Assembly: GCA_964588985.1 (NCBI GenBank)
Contig: CAZPQW010000008.1
Location: 68,509 to 132,508, forward strand
DNA: 64,000 nucleotides
Reading direction: 5' to 3'
DNA from: an uncultured Solirubrobacteraceae bacterium
GTDB taxonomy: Bacteria; Actinomycetota; Thermoleophilia; Solirubrobacterales; Solirubrobacteraceae
This document shows, piece after piece, positions 1 to 10,020 of the stretch. The notes beneath the pieces were generated by a model, which saw only the letters and a program-made list of their open reading frames with translations, did no database searches and had not been told where the DNA came from. Position 1 is the stretch's first letter. Every line of letters starts with the position of its first letter. Both the position numbers and the translations under genes were made by a program.

Positions 1-686
1 CGGACATGATCTGCCTGTCGAAGGCGCTCTCGGGCGGGTTCGTGCCGATCGGGGCCCTGCTCGTCAGTCGCTCCGCCTTCGAGCGGGTGTTCGACCGGAT
101 GAAGCGGGCTGTGCGTCACGGCTCGACGTTCGGTGGAAACGACCTCGCCGCCGCCGCCGCGCTGGCGACGTTGCGCGCGTTCGACCGCGAAGACCTGATC
201 GCTCACGCCGAGCGCATGGGCGATCTGCTGTTCGCGCTGACCCGACCGCTGGTTGAACGCTACGAGATCGTCCGCGACGTGCGCGGCAAGGGGCTGATGT
301 GGGGGATCGAACTGGGCCCACCCGAACGCAACGGCAAGCTGTCGATGTGGAGCGCAATCGAGCGCGCGCAGCCGGGAGTGTTCTCACAGCTGGTGACCGT
401 GCCGCTGTTCCACGACCATCAGATCTTCTGCCAGGTCGCGGGCCGCCACATGAACGTGATCAAGGCGCTGCCCGCGATGGTCATCGAGGAACGGGAGATC
501 AGGCGCTTCGCGGCCGCCCTCGAGGAGGTCGTCGCCGGAGCCGAGCACGCGTCGCGGGCGATGGTGCGGCTCGGCTGGCGCACCGCCCGCCGGGTCTCGC
601 GCGAACAGCTCGACGGCCGCCCATTCGCGCATACGGGGCCCCGCAACGGCTCCCACCCGCGCCACCTGGCGAAAGCCGGTCGCTAG
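1..686 (+). CDS. Class III PLP-dependent aminotransferase, C-terminal part (HpnO/ornithine aminotransferase-like); 5' end lies outside the window
   Basis: DMICLSKALSGG (PLP lysine), HGSTFGGN, VRGKGLMWGIEL motifs; frame is open at the window edge. Confidence 0.85.
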   Translation, partial: DMICLSKALSGGFVPIGALLVSRSAFERVFDRMKRAVRHGSTFGGNDLAAAAALATLRAFDREDLIAHAERMGDLLFALTRPLVERYEIVRDVRGKGLMWGIELGPPERNGKLSMWSAIERAQPGVFSQLVTVPLFHDHQIFCQVAGRHMNVIKALPAMVIEEREIRRFAAALEEVVAGAEHASRAMVRLGWRTARRVSREQLDGRPFAHTGPRNGSHPRHLAKAGR

Positions 687-1322
687 ATGGCATCTCGCGT
701 CGAGCCGATGAAGCGGGAGGATCACGCCGCTCGTCGCGCCACCGCAGCCGACCTGCCGGTGCTCACGCGGATGCTCGTACGCGCCTTTATGGACGATCCG
801 GTGGCGGTGTGGGCGTGCAGGCGGGAGCGATTGCGCCCGCGGATGCTCGAAGGCATGTATCGCTCGCGGTTGCGCCAGATGCTCGCGCACGAGGAGGTCT
901 GGACCAACCCGGACCGCACCAGCGCGGCGCTGTGGATGCCACCCGAGCGCTGGAAAACCACGCTGCGTCAAGACGCGGCGCTGGTTCGATGCTTCTTGAG
1001 CCCACACCTGATGGTGCGCCTGCCGATGATCGCCGTGGGTCTCAGCGGCGTGCAGCGAGCGCATCCGCGCACGCCGCCCCACTGGTACCTGTCGCTGCTC
1101 GGCACCGATCCGGACGCCCAGGGTCAGGGGTATGGGTCGGCGGTTCTCCGGCCGGTGCTCGAACAGTGCGACATCGACGGCGTGGGGGCGTATCTCGAGT
1201 CTTCCAAGCGACGCAACCTCGACTTCTACGCGCGCTACGGCTTTCGGGTCGAGGGTGAGCTGCGACTTCCGTTCGGCGGCCCCACGATGTGGCCGATGTG
1301 GCGTGAGCCGCTGGGCGGATGA
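687..1322 (+). CDS. GNAT N-acetyltransferase (puromycin acetyltransferase-like)
   Basis: WYLSLLGTDPDAQGQGYG acetyl-CoA motif A; AYLES..RNLDFYARYGF. Confidence 0.85.
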   Translation: MASRVEPMKREDHAARRATAADLPVLTRMLVRAFMDDPVAVWACRRERLRPRMLEGMYRSRLRQMLAHEEVWTNPDRTSAALWMPPERWKTTLRQDAALVRCFLSPHLMVRLPMIAVGLSGVQRAHPRTPPHWYLSLLGTDPDAQGQGYGSAVLRPVLEQCDIDGVGAYLESSKRRNLDFYARYGFRVEGELRLPFGGPTMWPMWREPLGG

Positions 1323-1335
1323 CTCTGACCGATAG

Positions 1336-3018
1336 CTAGAAGACGCGACCGAACCGCGTCGCGATGTCGTAAGGGTAGATGTACATGGTCATCGCTTCGA
1401 AGCGATAGGCGGCGAGCGGCTTCCCGAGCCCCGCGGGAAGCGCGCGGACTTCGATGCCGTTGGCGTCCACCACGAGGAACGTGTGCCGCCGCTGTGGGAC
1501 GTACCACGCCGGCACGTACGCCTGGAAGCCCGGGCAGAGGTTCGTGCCTTCAGGGTTTTCGCAGTCCTCCACGGGTCTGAGAAGCACGCGGTTGTGAGAG
1601 GCCCACGTCACGCCGGACGCATCACCGAAGTTGGTGTAGCCGACCTGCACGTGGTTGGCCGCGGCGATGCGGATGATGTTCTCTCCGCTGCTGGCGGTCG
1701 TCTTGGTGACGTTCACATAGTCGCTGGTCAGGCCCACGAGGCTCGCGACGAAGAACACCGACGCGCCGAGCGCGATCAGCCATCGTGTCGCCGAGCGCCT
1801 CGCCATGAGCAGGGGGATCACCGCGCCCACCGCGAAGAGGGCGGTCGCGTAATACGATTCGTGCGTCGTCGTCGGACCTTCCCCCGCTATCCAGAACGCG
1901 CCTGCCGCGCACGCCGGGGAGCTGACCCAGTAGATGATGTGAAGGGAGCGCGCGAGCTCGCCGGGCGGTCGCGAGAGGGCCCGGCGAAGGCCGGACCAGA
2001 CGAACGTGCCGGCGGTCCAGAGGCCGACGACGATCAGCGCGAGCAGCGCAGCCGACATCACCACGTCGCTCGCGATCCCCAGCGCGGCGTGCATCGGGCC
2101 CGGCGCTTCGGTTCCGAGATAGCCGTTGAAGAGCTGCTTCAGCCCCTTGAACAGCAGTTCCGCCCTGGCCGGGAGTTCCGCCAGGGTCGCGGTGTGAATC
2201 GGCGAGGGCAGCAGGAGGAAGCCTTCCGCTTTCATGATCGCCGCCGTGATCTTCTCCACCGGGATCGACACGGCCACCGTCGTCAGGGCGGATACGGCGA
2301 GCAGTCGGGAGCGCCTGTCTCGCTGTGCGGCCGCGAACAGCGCGGTGAGCGCGAGCGGGACGACGGTCGTGATCGCCAGCAGCAGATCGGAGGCGAGACA
2401 CGCGCCGACCACGACGCCCAGGATCGGCGGGACCGCGAACGTCGTCAGCCGCCGTCGTCCCTCCTCGCGCGTCAGCCAGATCAGGTACGCGCCCACCAGC
2501 GCGGTGCACGGATAGACCGTGTTGTGCGAGAACGGCGCCATGAAGAACGTCAGCGCTATCGGCGAGGCGACGACGCCGAGGAGCACCGCGAGGATCGCCG
2601 CGCGGCGGCCGGCCAGCTGCTGGACCGACCACCCCACGATCAGGGCGGTGATGAAGAACAGCAGCGTCGGCGCGACGCTCCACAGCTCCCGGTGCAGCGG
2701 CAGCTTCGCGGTCAGCAGCCCGAACCAGAGCGAGGCCCACTGCGGGGAGGAGCCCATCACCGTATGCCCGCCGGTGCCCGTTTCGACGAGCGTTTCCGGC
2801 ATCACGTATGCAGAGCCGACGCTCGGGTTCCACGCGAGTGCCGCGAGGTTATGCGGCAGTTGCGCTGCGAACACGACCAGATAGCCGGCCGCGATCGCGA
2901 ACGGGACGAGCCAGGGCAGGAGGCTTGCGTCGAGCGAGCGCGGGAAGGAGCCGTCCCGGGCGATCGCCTCCGCGTGCCCCCACGGCTCGCCGCCGACGTC
3001 AATCTTGCTGCGGGCCAA
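1336..3018 (-). CDS. Polytopic membrane protein, GT-C glycosyltransferase-like; paralogue of 2999..4735
   Basis: Many hydrophobic segments followed by a soluble C-terminal domain; shares HESYYAT, LFKGLK.LFNGYLG and YIYPYDIA motifs with the neighbour; TTG start uncertain. Confidence 0.65.
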   Translation of the reverse strand: MARSKIDVGGEPWGHAEAIARDGSFPRSLDASLLPWLVPFAIAAGYLVVFAAQLPHNLAALAWNPSVGSAYVMPETLVETGTGGHTVMGSSPQWASLWFGLLTAKLPLHRELWSVAPTLLFFITALIVGWSVQQLAGRRAAILAVLLGVVASPIALTFFMAPFSHNTVYPCTALVGAYLIWLTREEGRRRLTTFAVPPILGVVVGACLASDLLLAITTVVPLALTALFAAAQRDRRSRLLAVSALTTVAVSIPVEKITAAIMKAEGFLLLPSPIHTATLAELPARAELLFKGLKQLFNGYLGTEAPGPMHAALGIASDVVMSAALLALIVVGLWTAGTFVWSGLRRALSRPPGELARSLHIIYWVSSPACAAGAFWIAGEGPTTTHESYYATALFAVGAVIPLLMARRSATRWLIALGASVFFVASLVGLTSDYVNVTKTTASSGENIIRIAAANHVQVGYTNFGDASGVTWASHNRVLLRPVEDCENPEGTNLCPGFQAYVPAWYVPQRRHTFLVVDANGIEVRALPAGLGKPLAAYRFEAMTMYIYPYDIATRFGRVF

Positions 3019-4735
3019 GGCGCGAGGCGATGTCGTAGGGGTATATGTACATGCTCATCGCTCCCAGCCGATATGTGGCGAGCGGCTTGCCGAGGCCGGG
3101 CGGGAGGGAGCTGACCCAGCCTTCGCCGCTCACCGTCAGCAGGAAGGTGTGGCGTTCCCGGGGTACGTACCACGCCGGCGTGCTCATCAGGTAGAAGGGG
3201 CAGATGTCGGCGCCCTGTGGGTTTTCGCACGCCATCAGCGGCCTGACGGTCACGCGCCCGTGCGTGATCCACGTGAAGACCGACGTTCCGTAGCCGCCGT
3301 AGCCGACCGGCACGTTGTTCGCGCGGGCGATTCGGGTGACGCTCGCGGTGTCAGCGGCGATCCCGTTGGTTAGGTTCATGTAATTGCCCGTCAGCCCCAC
3401 GAGGCTCGCGAGGAAGAAGATCGAAGCGCCCACGGGAACCAGGATGCGGCCCAGCCGGCCGGCGGACAGCAGCAGCGGTATCACCGCGGCCACCGAGAAC
3501 AGGGCGGTCGCGTAATACGATTCGTGGAGGTCCGTCCCGCCGCCCGTTTCCGCCGCGATCCAGAACACGGCGCACACCGAGGCCGCCGACCCAACCCAGT
3601 AAACGACGTGCAGAGAGCGGGCCAGCTCATCCGGCGTCTGCGCGCCGCGCCTGCGCAGCGCCGCCCAGATGAGCCTCGCCGTGGCGAGTATCCCGAGCAC
3701 GATCAGCGCGAGCAGGGCAGCGGACATGACCACGTCGCTCGCGAGCCCCAGCGCGGGGTGAAGGGTGCCGGGCGCGGTCGGGCCGCCCAGATAGCCGTTG
3801 AAGAGGCCCTTCAAGCCCTTGAACAGGAGCGTCGCGCGTTCGGGGAGTTCCGACAGCGGTACCGCGTGGGCAGGCGTGGGCAGCTTGAGATACCCGGACG
3901 AGCGCATGATCGACGAGATCAGCGAGGACACCCCGAGCGCCACCGCCAACGTGCTCAGGGCCGACACGGCGAGCACGCGCGCACGGCGGCCCGGTTGCAC
4001 GCCGGCGAGGATCGCCGTCACGGCCAGCGGGACGATCGCCGTGGCCACGAACAGCAGGTCCGATGCCAGGCACGCGCCGACCGCCACCCCCGCGAGCGGC
4101 GGCACCGCCCAGGTCAACGCCGGCCTTCGTCCCTCTCCGCGCGCCAGCCAGACGAGGTACGCGCCGAGCAGGGCGGTGCCCGGGTACACGAAGTTGTGCG
4201 CGTTGGGCGCCATGAAGAACACGAGCGCGAACGGCGAGGCGATCACGCAGATCAGCACGGCGAGGATCGCCGCGCGTCGGGTGCTCAGGCGCGCGACCGA
4301 CCAGCCGACGATCAGGGCGGTCGCGAGGAACAGCAGCGTCGGCGCGATCTCCCACAGCTGGCGATGCAGCGGCAGCCCCGCCGTGAGCAGGCCGATCCAC
4401 AGCGACAGCCACTGCCCCGAGGAGCTGATCACGGTGTTGCCCCCGGAGCCTGAGCCGGCGAGCGTTTCCGGCAAGGCGAAGGCCGACGCGTAGTCTGGGT
4501 CCCACTGCAGCTCGGTCACGTTGCGCTGCAGGTGCACTACGAACACCACGACATACACGGTCGCGATCGCGAGCGGGAGCTGCCACAGCAGGGTGAGGAG
4601 CTTGTCTCCACCCAGCCTGTCGGCCAGGGGGCGCGCGGACCAGTGCGCGGAGGTGGTGTTCGCGACGCCTGGTGCGCCCGCCGCCTCCGACGCCAGGTCC
4701 GCGTCGGCCGAGTGTCGATGCTCACGCCACCACAT
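2999..4735 (-). CDS. Polytopic membrane protein, GT-C glycosyltransferase-like; paralogue of 1336..3018
   Basis: Multi-TM; acidic WDPD loop after the first TM; divergent from a nucleotide-sugar operon. Confidence 0.65.
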   Translation of the reverse strand: MWWREHRHSADADLASEAAGAPGVANTTSAHWSARPLADRLGGDKLLTLLWQLPLAIATVYVVVFVVHLQRNVTELQWDPDYASAFALPETLAGSGSGGNTVISSSGQWLSLWIGLLTAGLPLHRQLWEIAPTLLFLATALIVGWSVARLSTRRAAILAVLICVIASPFALVFFMAPNAHNFVYPGTALLGAYLVWLARGEGRRPALTWAVPPLAGVAVGACLASDLLFVATAIVPLAVTAILAGVQPGRRARVLAVSALSTLAVALGVSSLISSIMRSSGYLKLPTPAHAVPLSELPERATLLFKGLKGLFNGYLGGPTAPGTLHPALGLASDVVMSAALLALIVLGILATARLIWAALRRRGAQTPDELARSLHVVYWVGSAASVCAVFWIAAETGGGTDLHESYYATALFSVAAVIPLLLSAGRLGRILVPVGASIFFLASLVGLTGNYMNLTNGIAADTASVTRIARANNVPVGYGGYGTSVFTWITHGRVTVRPLMACENPQGADICPFYLMSTPAWYVPRERHTFLLTVSGEGWVSSLPPGLGKPLATYRLGAMSMYIYPYDIASRLGPQQD

Positions 4736-4959
4736 GGAAGCGCGAGTCTAAACAGCGTTGTGACTAAAGCAAGAACGATGTGGCTGATTGGAATTCCGAC
4801 AACGCTCGTGGGACCCTCAATTGGCATGAAATCTATCTTCGCCGCCACGAGCCAGTCGGAAACATAAGTAGCCAAATCAGTGAAAAACGCACGATCTTCT
4901 GTCGCGATCACCTACGATGCGACGAAATGGGATCGCGGCTGAGAAATCGAAAAGGGTAA
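4736..4959. promoter_or_regulatory. AT-richer divergent promoter region between the GT-C-like pair and the sugar operon
   Basis: Non-coding and visibly AT-rich; TAGACT 9 nt before the minus-strand ATG at 4735. Confidence 0.45.
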
Positions 4960-5583
4960 ATGTCACTGTCCGACAACAGTCACAGCGTCACCTACCTGTC
5001 CGCGGCCGCCGACCTGGCGTGGACGATCGAGCCATGCGACCTCGACGCGATGGCGCGGGGGCTCGCGGCGGTCCGTGAGCGCCGCGGCAGGCTGTTCATC
5101 CTCGGGGTGGGCGGTGGCGCCGGACACGCTTCGCACGCGGTCAACGACTTCCGCAAGCTGTGCGCGATCGAGAGCTACGCGCCGACCGACAACGTCTCCG
5201 AGCTGACCGCACGGACCAACGACGATGGCTGGGAGACGGCGTACAGCGCTTGGCTGGAGGTCTCGCGGCTGTCCGAGCGCGACGCGCTGCTCGTGTTCTC
5301 CGTCGGCGGCGGATCGCGCGAGCACAACGTCTCCACGAATCTGGTGCGGGCGATGGAGGCCGCACACGAGGCCGGGGCGTCGATCTACGGCGTCGTCGGC
5401 GCTCCCGGCGGCACGCTCGGGGAACTCGCCGACGTGGCGATCCGCATCGAACCGCCGGCGGCGCTGCGCACCCCTCTCGTGGAGTCGTTTCAAGCGGTTG
5501 TCTGGCACGCGCTCGTCTCCCATCCAGAGCTTGCGGTCAAAGAAGGCCACTGGGAGTCGCTCGCCGCACCCGCCAAGCCGTGA
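4960..5583 (+). CDS. gmhA: SIS-domain phosphosugar isomerase (GmhA / LmbN C-terminal domain-like)
   Basis: RLFILGVGGGAGHASH, LTARTNDDGW, LLVFSVGGGS..NLVRA; operon context. Confidence 0.85.
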   Translation: MSLSDNSHSVTYLSAAADLAWTIEPCDLDAMARGLAAVRERRGRLFILGVGGGAGHASHAVNDFRKLCAIESYAPTDNVSELTARTNDDGWETAYSAWLEVSRLSERDALLVFSVGGGSREHNVSTNLVRAMEAAHEAGASIYGVVGAPGGTLGELADVAIRIEPPAALRTPLVESFQAVVWHALVSHPELAVKEGHWESLAAPAKP

Positions 5584-6236
5584 GCGCCGGCTGGGCCTTC
5601 GCGCCCGACCGCGGTCCCATGGTGCTCGCGTCAGCTTCCCGCGAAGGTCCCGCGCGCAGCCCGCGAGCGGCGGTGTTCCTGGATCGCGACGGAGTCATCA
5701 ACGAGCTGATCGCGGACCCGATCACCGGGCGGGGCGAGTCTCCGCTGCGCGTGGAGGACGTGAGGCTCCTCCCCGGCGCCGCCGCGGCGGTCGCACTCCT
5801 CGCGCGGGCCGGCTACGTGCTGGTGTGCGTCTCCAATCAGCCCGCGGCCGCGAAGGCCACCGTATCGCTCGCAGGGCTGCGGGACGTGCACGAGCGAGTG
5901 ATCGAGCTGCTGGCCCGCGAGGGTGTCCGTCTCGACCGCTCCTATCTGTGTCCACACCATCCCGAAGGCGTGGTGGCCGAGCTCGCCGGGGCGTGCGACT
6001 GCCGCAAGCCACGCCCCGGGATGCTGGATGCGGCCTGCGACGCGCTCGCCCTCGACCGTGGCGGATCCTGGATGGTCGGAGACACCGACGCGGATATCGG
6101 AGCGGGCCTCGCGGCCGGATGTCGGACGCTGATGATCCGCAACTCGGGCAGCGCTCACAAGCGTTTGCAGGGATTCCACGCGGACGCCATCGCCGACAGT
6201 CTCATCGACGGGATCGAGCGGCTTCCCCTCGATTAA
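5580..6236 (+). CDS. gmhB: HAD-IIIA sugar bisphosphate phosphatase (GmhB / LmbK-like)
   Basis: VFLDRDGVIN, VSNQ, CPHHP..CDCRKPRPGM, MVGD; GTG overlaps the upstream stop. Confidence 0.9.
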   Translation: MSAGWAFAPDRGPMVLASASREGPARSPRAAVFLDRDGVINELIADPITGRGESPLRVEDVRLLPGAAAAVALLARAGYVLVCVSNQPAAAKATVSLAGLRDVHERVIELLAREGVRLDRSYLCPHHPEGVVAELAGACDCRKPRPGMLDAACDALALDRGGSWMVGDTDADIGAGLAAGCRTLMIRNSGSAHKRLQGFHADAIADSLIDGIERLPLD

Positions 6237-6294
6237 ACAGAGACATTCACACAAATCGTCGCTCGTTATGGTGGCGCTCGACAGGGAATTCATC

Positions 6295-7005
6295 ATGCTC
6301 GATCAGATCTCCACACGCATATTCGCCGACGGCGCCGACCTCGACGGCATCCTCGCTCTTGCCGCCGATCCACACATATCGGGATTCACCACCAACCCGA
6401 CGTTGATGCGCAAGGTGGGACTCACTGACTACGGGCGCTTCGCGCAGGAGCTGCTCGAGCGCGTCACCGAGCACCCGATCTCCTTCGAGGTGTTCGCCGA
6501 CACCGCTCCGGAGATGCGCCGCCAGGCCCACACGATCGCCTCCTGGGGAGAGAACGTGTACGTGAAGATCCCCGTCACGTCGACGACCGGTGAGTCGATG
6601 GCGCAGCTGGCGAGAGAGCTCTCCGAGGATGGGGTGAAAGTGAACGTGACCGCGCTGTTCACCACCGCGCAGGTCGAGCTGATCGCGGCGGCGGTCGCGA
6701 ACGGCGCGCCGTCGTACATCTCCGTGTTCGCCGGCCGCATCGCGGACGCGGGAGTCGATCCGATCCCGATCATGGCGCGCTCACTCGAGATCATGGAGCA
6801 GGCGCCCCACGCGGAGCTGATCTGGGCCTCGCCGCGGGAGATCCTCAACCTCGTCCAGGCAAACGAGATCGGCTGTCACATCATCACGATCACCCACGAC
6901 CTGCTGAAGAAGCTCGACAGCCTCGGCAAGAGCCTCGAGCAGTACTCGCTCGAGACCGTCCAGATGTTCCACGACGACGCGTTGGCCGCGGGCTTCACCC
7001 TCTAG
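6295..7005 (+). CDS. tal: Small transaldolase (TalC/FSA family; LmbR-like)
   Basis: FADGAD, GFTTNPT, ISFEV, VYVKIP (Schiff-base Lys), VNVT, SVFAGR; AGGGA before ATG 6295 (alternative start 6268). Confidence 0.9.
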   Translation: MLDQISTRIFADGADLDGILALAADPHISGFTTNPTLMRKVGLTDYGRFAQELLERVTEHPISFEVFADTAPEMRRQAHTIASWGENVYVKIPVTSTTGESMAQLARELSEDGVKVNVTALFTTAQVELIAAAVANGAPSYISVFAGRIADAGVDPIPIMARSLEIMEQAPHAELIWASPREILNLVQANEIGCHIITITHDLLKKLDSLGKSLEQYSLETVQMFHDDALAAGFTL

Positions 7006-7009
7006 TCGC

Positions 7010-7993
7010 GTGAGTAGAGCCTGCATCACCGGTGGCGCGGGGTTCATCGGCAGCAACCTCGCCGATCGGCTCGTCGAGCGCGGATTCGAGGTCGCGATCC
7101 TCGACGACTTCAGCACCGGGCGTCGCGAGTTCGTCACGGAGCTCGAGAACACGCCGGGCGTGCGGCTGATCGAGGGCGACGTGCGCGACATCTCCGCGGT
7201 AGAGAGCGCCGTCGAGGGCTGCGACTGGGTCTTTCACCTGCAGGCGAACGCCGATCTGCGTGGCGGCGTGGAACATCCGCGGCGCGACCTCGAACAGAAC
7301 ACGATCACGACCGCGAACGTGCTCGAGGCGATGCGACGCCACGGCGTCAGCCGGATCGTGTTCTCCTCCACCGGCTCCGTCTACGGCGAGCCGGAGGTCT
7401 TCCCAACCCCGGAGGACGCCCCCTTCCCTGTGCAGACCTCGCTGTACGCGGCGTCCAAGCTCGCCGGCGAGGGTCTGATCGAGGCCTACGCGACCGGCTT
7501 TGGCTTCACGGGCGTGATCTGCAGATTCGTGTCGGTGCTCGGCGAGCGCTACACCCACGGGCACGTGTTCGACTTCTACCGCGCGCTCAAGCGCGACCCC
7601 ACGCGCCTGCGCGTGCTCGGCGACGGCCGCCAGGAGAAGTCCTACCTGTACGTACAGGACTGCGTCGCGGCGATCCTCGCCGCGGTCGATCGCCACGGCG
7701 AGGATCCGGGCGCGCACATCTACAACCTCGGGACCGACGAAACCCTCGTGGTCGACGAGTCGATCGCGCTGATCGCCGGGCACCTCTCCGCCTCGCCCGA
7801 GATCGAGCACACCGGCGGGCGTCGGGGATGGGTCGGCGACAGCCCGCTCATCCGCCTCGACACCACGCGCATCCGCAGCCTCGGCTGGCGCCCGCAGCTG
7901 ACCATCGAGCAGGCCGTGGTCCGCACGCTCGAGTGGTTCGACGCCAACGAGTACGCGTGGGCCGAACAGGAGATCGAGAGCGCGCTGTCATGA
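7010..7993 (+). CDS. NAD-dependent nucleotide-sugar epimerase/dehydratase (LmbM-like)
   Basis: TGGAGFIG, SSTGSVYG, YAASK extended-SDR motifs. Confidence 0.9.
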   Translation: MSRACITGGAGFIGSNLADRLVERGFEVAILDDFSTGRREFVTELENTPGVRLIEGDVRDISAVESAVEGCDWVFHLQANADLRGGVEHPRRDLEQNTITTANVLEAMRRHGVSRIVFSSTGSVYGEPEVFPTPEDAPFPVQTSLYAASKLAGEGLIEAYATGFGFTGVICRFVSVLGERYTHGHVFDFYRALKRDPTRLRVLGDGRQEKSYLYVQDCVAAILAAVDRHGEDPGAHIYNLGTDETLVVDESIALIAGHLSASPEIEHTGGRRGWVGDSPLIRLDTTRIRSLGWRPQLTIEQAVVRTLEWFDANEYAWAEQEIESALS

Positions 7994-8976
7994 GCGTCAT
8001 CTTCAGCCGCGCGCCCTTGCGGATCTCGCTCGGCGGGGGCGGCACCGACCTGCCCTCCTACTACCGCGAGCACGGCGGCTTCCTCGTCTCGGGCGCGATC
8101 GACAAGTACGCCTACATGCTCACCCACACCACCTTCCAGCGGCGCTACAGGATGAAGTACTCCGAGCTGGAGGAGGTCGAGGAGATCAGCCAGATCCGCC
8201 ACCCGATACTGCGCGAGAGCCTGCTGCGCCACTGGGCCGGCAGCCCCCTCGAGATCGCCTCCGTGGCCGACGTCCCGGCCGGCACCGGGATGGGGTCCTC
8301 CGGCGCATACACGGTGGCGCTGCTGAAGGGCCTCGCGCGCGCACGCTGCACCGCGATCACCCCCGGGGACCTGGCCGAGGCGGCGTGCGAGATCGAGATC
8401 GACGTGCTCGGCGAGCCGGTCGGCAAGCAGGACCCCTACGTCGCCGCCCACGGCGGGATCTGCGCCTACACGTTCAACCCGGACGGGAGCGTCGACGTCG
8501 AGCCGCTCGAGCTGGACCCCACGACGCTGAGGCGGATGCGCGACCAGCTGCTGCTGTTCTACACCGGCGAGGCGCGCTCGGCCTCGCACATGCTCGCCGA
8601 CCAGGACACGCGTTCGAAGGCCGGGGACGAGCAGATGCTCGCCAACCTGCATCGCACGAAGGAGCTGGGTCGGCAGAGTCACGAGCTGCTGCGCGGCGGG
8701 CGCCTGGAGGAGTACGCGGAGCTGATGCACGAGCACTGGGAGCACAAGCGCGCCCGCTCGCCGGGGATGAGCGACGGCCGCATCGACATGCTGTATGAGA
8801 TCGCGCGCCGCACCGGCGCCATCGGCGGCAAGCTCGTGGGCGCCGGCGGCGGCGGGTTCCTGCTCGTCTACACGCTCAGGCCCGAGGAGACCAGGCAGGC
8901 GATGGCGGAGGAGAACGCGCAGGAGCTCGCGTTCGACTTCGAGTTCTCCGGCGCATACGCGAGCGAGTACGCATGA
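7990..8976 (+). CDS. hddA: GHMP sugar-phosphate kinase (HddA / LmbP-like)
   Basis: RAPLRISLGGGGTD, PAGTGMGSSG, GKQD, GGKLVGAGGGG. Confidence 0.9.
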   Translation: MSVIFSRAPLRISLGGGGTDLPSYYREHGGFLVSGAIDKYAYMLTHTTFQRRYRMKYSELEEVEEISQIRHPILRESLLRHWAGSPLEIASVADVPAGTGMGSSGAYTVALLKGLARARCTAITPGDLAEAACEIEIDVLGEPVGKQDPYVAAHGGICAYTFNPDGSVDVEPLELDPTTLRRMRDQLLLFYTGEARSASHMLADQDTRSKAGDEQMLANLHRTKELGRQSHELLRGGRLEEYAELMHEHWEHKRARSPGMSDGRIDMLYEIARRTGAIGGKLVGAGGGGFLLVYTLRPEETRQAMAEENAQELAFDFEFSGAYASEYA

Positions 8977-10007
8977 GCAGAGACGGCCTGAGGGTGGCCG
9001 TGCTCGGCTGCGGGCAGATCGGCGCCAAGAGGGCACAGGCCCTCGCGCCACAGGACACGATCGTCGGCTGCTGCGACCTGAACATCGCGGCTGCCGAGGA
9101 GCTCGCCGCGCGTCACGGCGCCCGTGTGTGCGCCACGCCACAGGAGCTGGTCGCGCTCGATCCGGACGTGGTGGTCGTCGCCGCCGTCCACGACCAGCTC
9201 GCGGGGCTCGTCGAGCTGTCCCTCGCCGCGGGGGCGCACGTGCTCGTCGAGAAGCCCGCCGCGATCTCGACCGCGCAGATCGATCGCCTGCTCGTCTGCC
9301 AGCGGATCAGCGGCCGACTCGTGAAGGTCGGCTTCAACCACCGCTTCCACCCCGGGATCGCCCGCGCCGTCGAGGAGGTTCATTCCGGGCGCCACGGCGA
9401 GCTGATGCACCTGCGAGCCCGCTACGGCCACGGCGGGCGCCCCGGCTACGACCGCGAGTGGCGCGCCCAGCCGGCCCGCTCGGGCGGCGGCGAGCTGATC
9501 GACCAGGGGATGCACCTGCTGGACCTCACCAACTGGATCGCCGGTCCGCTGCCGCTGCACTCCGCGCTGCTGCGCACGCAGTTCTGGGACGCGGAGGTCG
9601 AGGACAACGCCGCGCTGTTGCTCGGCGAGCCGGGGCAGCGGACCGGCCCGTGGGCGATGCTGCACGTGAGCTGGACGGAGTGGAAGAACCTCTTCTCGCT
9701 CGAGATCTACTGCCATACCGCCAAGCTCCAGATCGACGGGCTCGTGCGCTCCTACGGACCGCAGCGGCTGCGGATCTACACGATGGGACCGGAGCTCGGG
9801 CCCCCCGCGCTCGAGGAGATCCATTACTCGGCGGAGGATGGCTCGTGGGCCGCGGAATGGGAGCACTTCGCGGAGGCCGTGGTATCCGGCGACGGGCGCG
9901 CGCTGCTCGGCGATCTGCGCTCCGCGCGCGACGCCTGGGAGCAGGTGGAGGCCGCGTACGAGACCGACGTGTACGCCGACATGCGCTCGTTGGCGACGCT
10001 TCGATAG
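8973..10007 (+). CDS. Gfo/Idh/MocA family oxidoreductase (LmbZ/CcbZ-like)
   Basis: GCGQIG, HVLVEKP, VGFNHRFHP, GGGELIDQGMHLLD. Confidence 0.88.
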   Translation: MSRDGLRVAVLGCGQIGAKRAQALAPQDTIVGCCDLNIAAAEELAARHGARVCATPQELVALDPDVVVVAAVHDQLAGLVELSLAAGAHVLVEKPAAISTAQIDRLLVCQRISGRLVKVGFNHRFHPGIARAVEEVHSGRHGELMHLRARYGHGGRPGYDREWRAQPARSGGGELIDQGMHLLDLTNWIAGPLPLHSALLRTQFWDAEVEDNAALLLGEPGQRTGPWAMLHVSWTEWKNLFSLEIYCHTAKLQIDGLVRSYGPQRLRIYTMGPELGPPALEEIHYSAEDGSWAAEWEHFAEAVVSGDGRALLGDLRSARDAWEQVEAAYETDVYADMRSLATLR

Positions 10008-10020
10008 TAGAGGTCACGAG

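Noticed and set aside
1483-4586. Long Arg/Ala-rich alternative-frame ORFs (e.g. 1483..3114, 1622..2833, 3627..4586) and similar ones across the window
   Set aside because: No motifs, biased composition, and complete overlap with well-supported genes. These are stop-poor frames.
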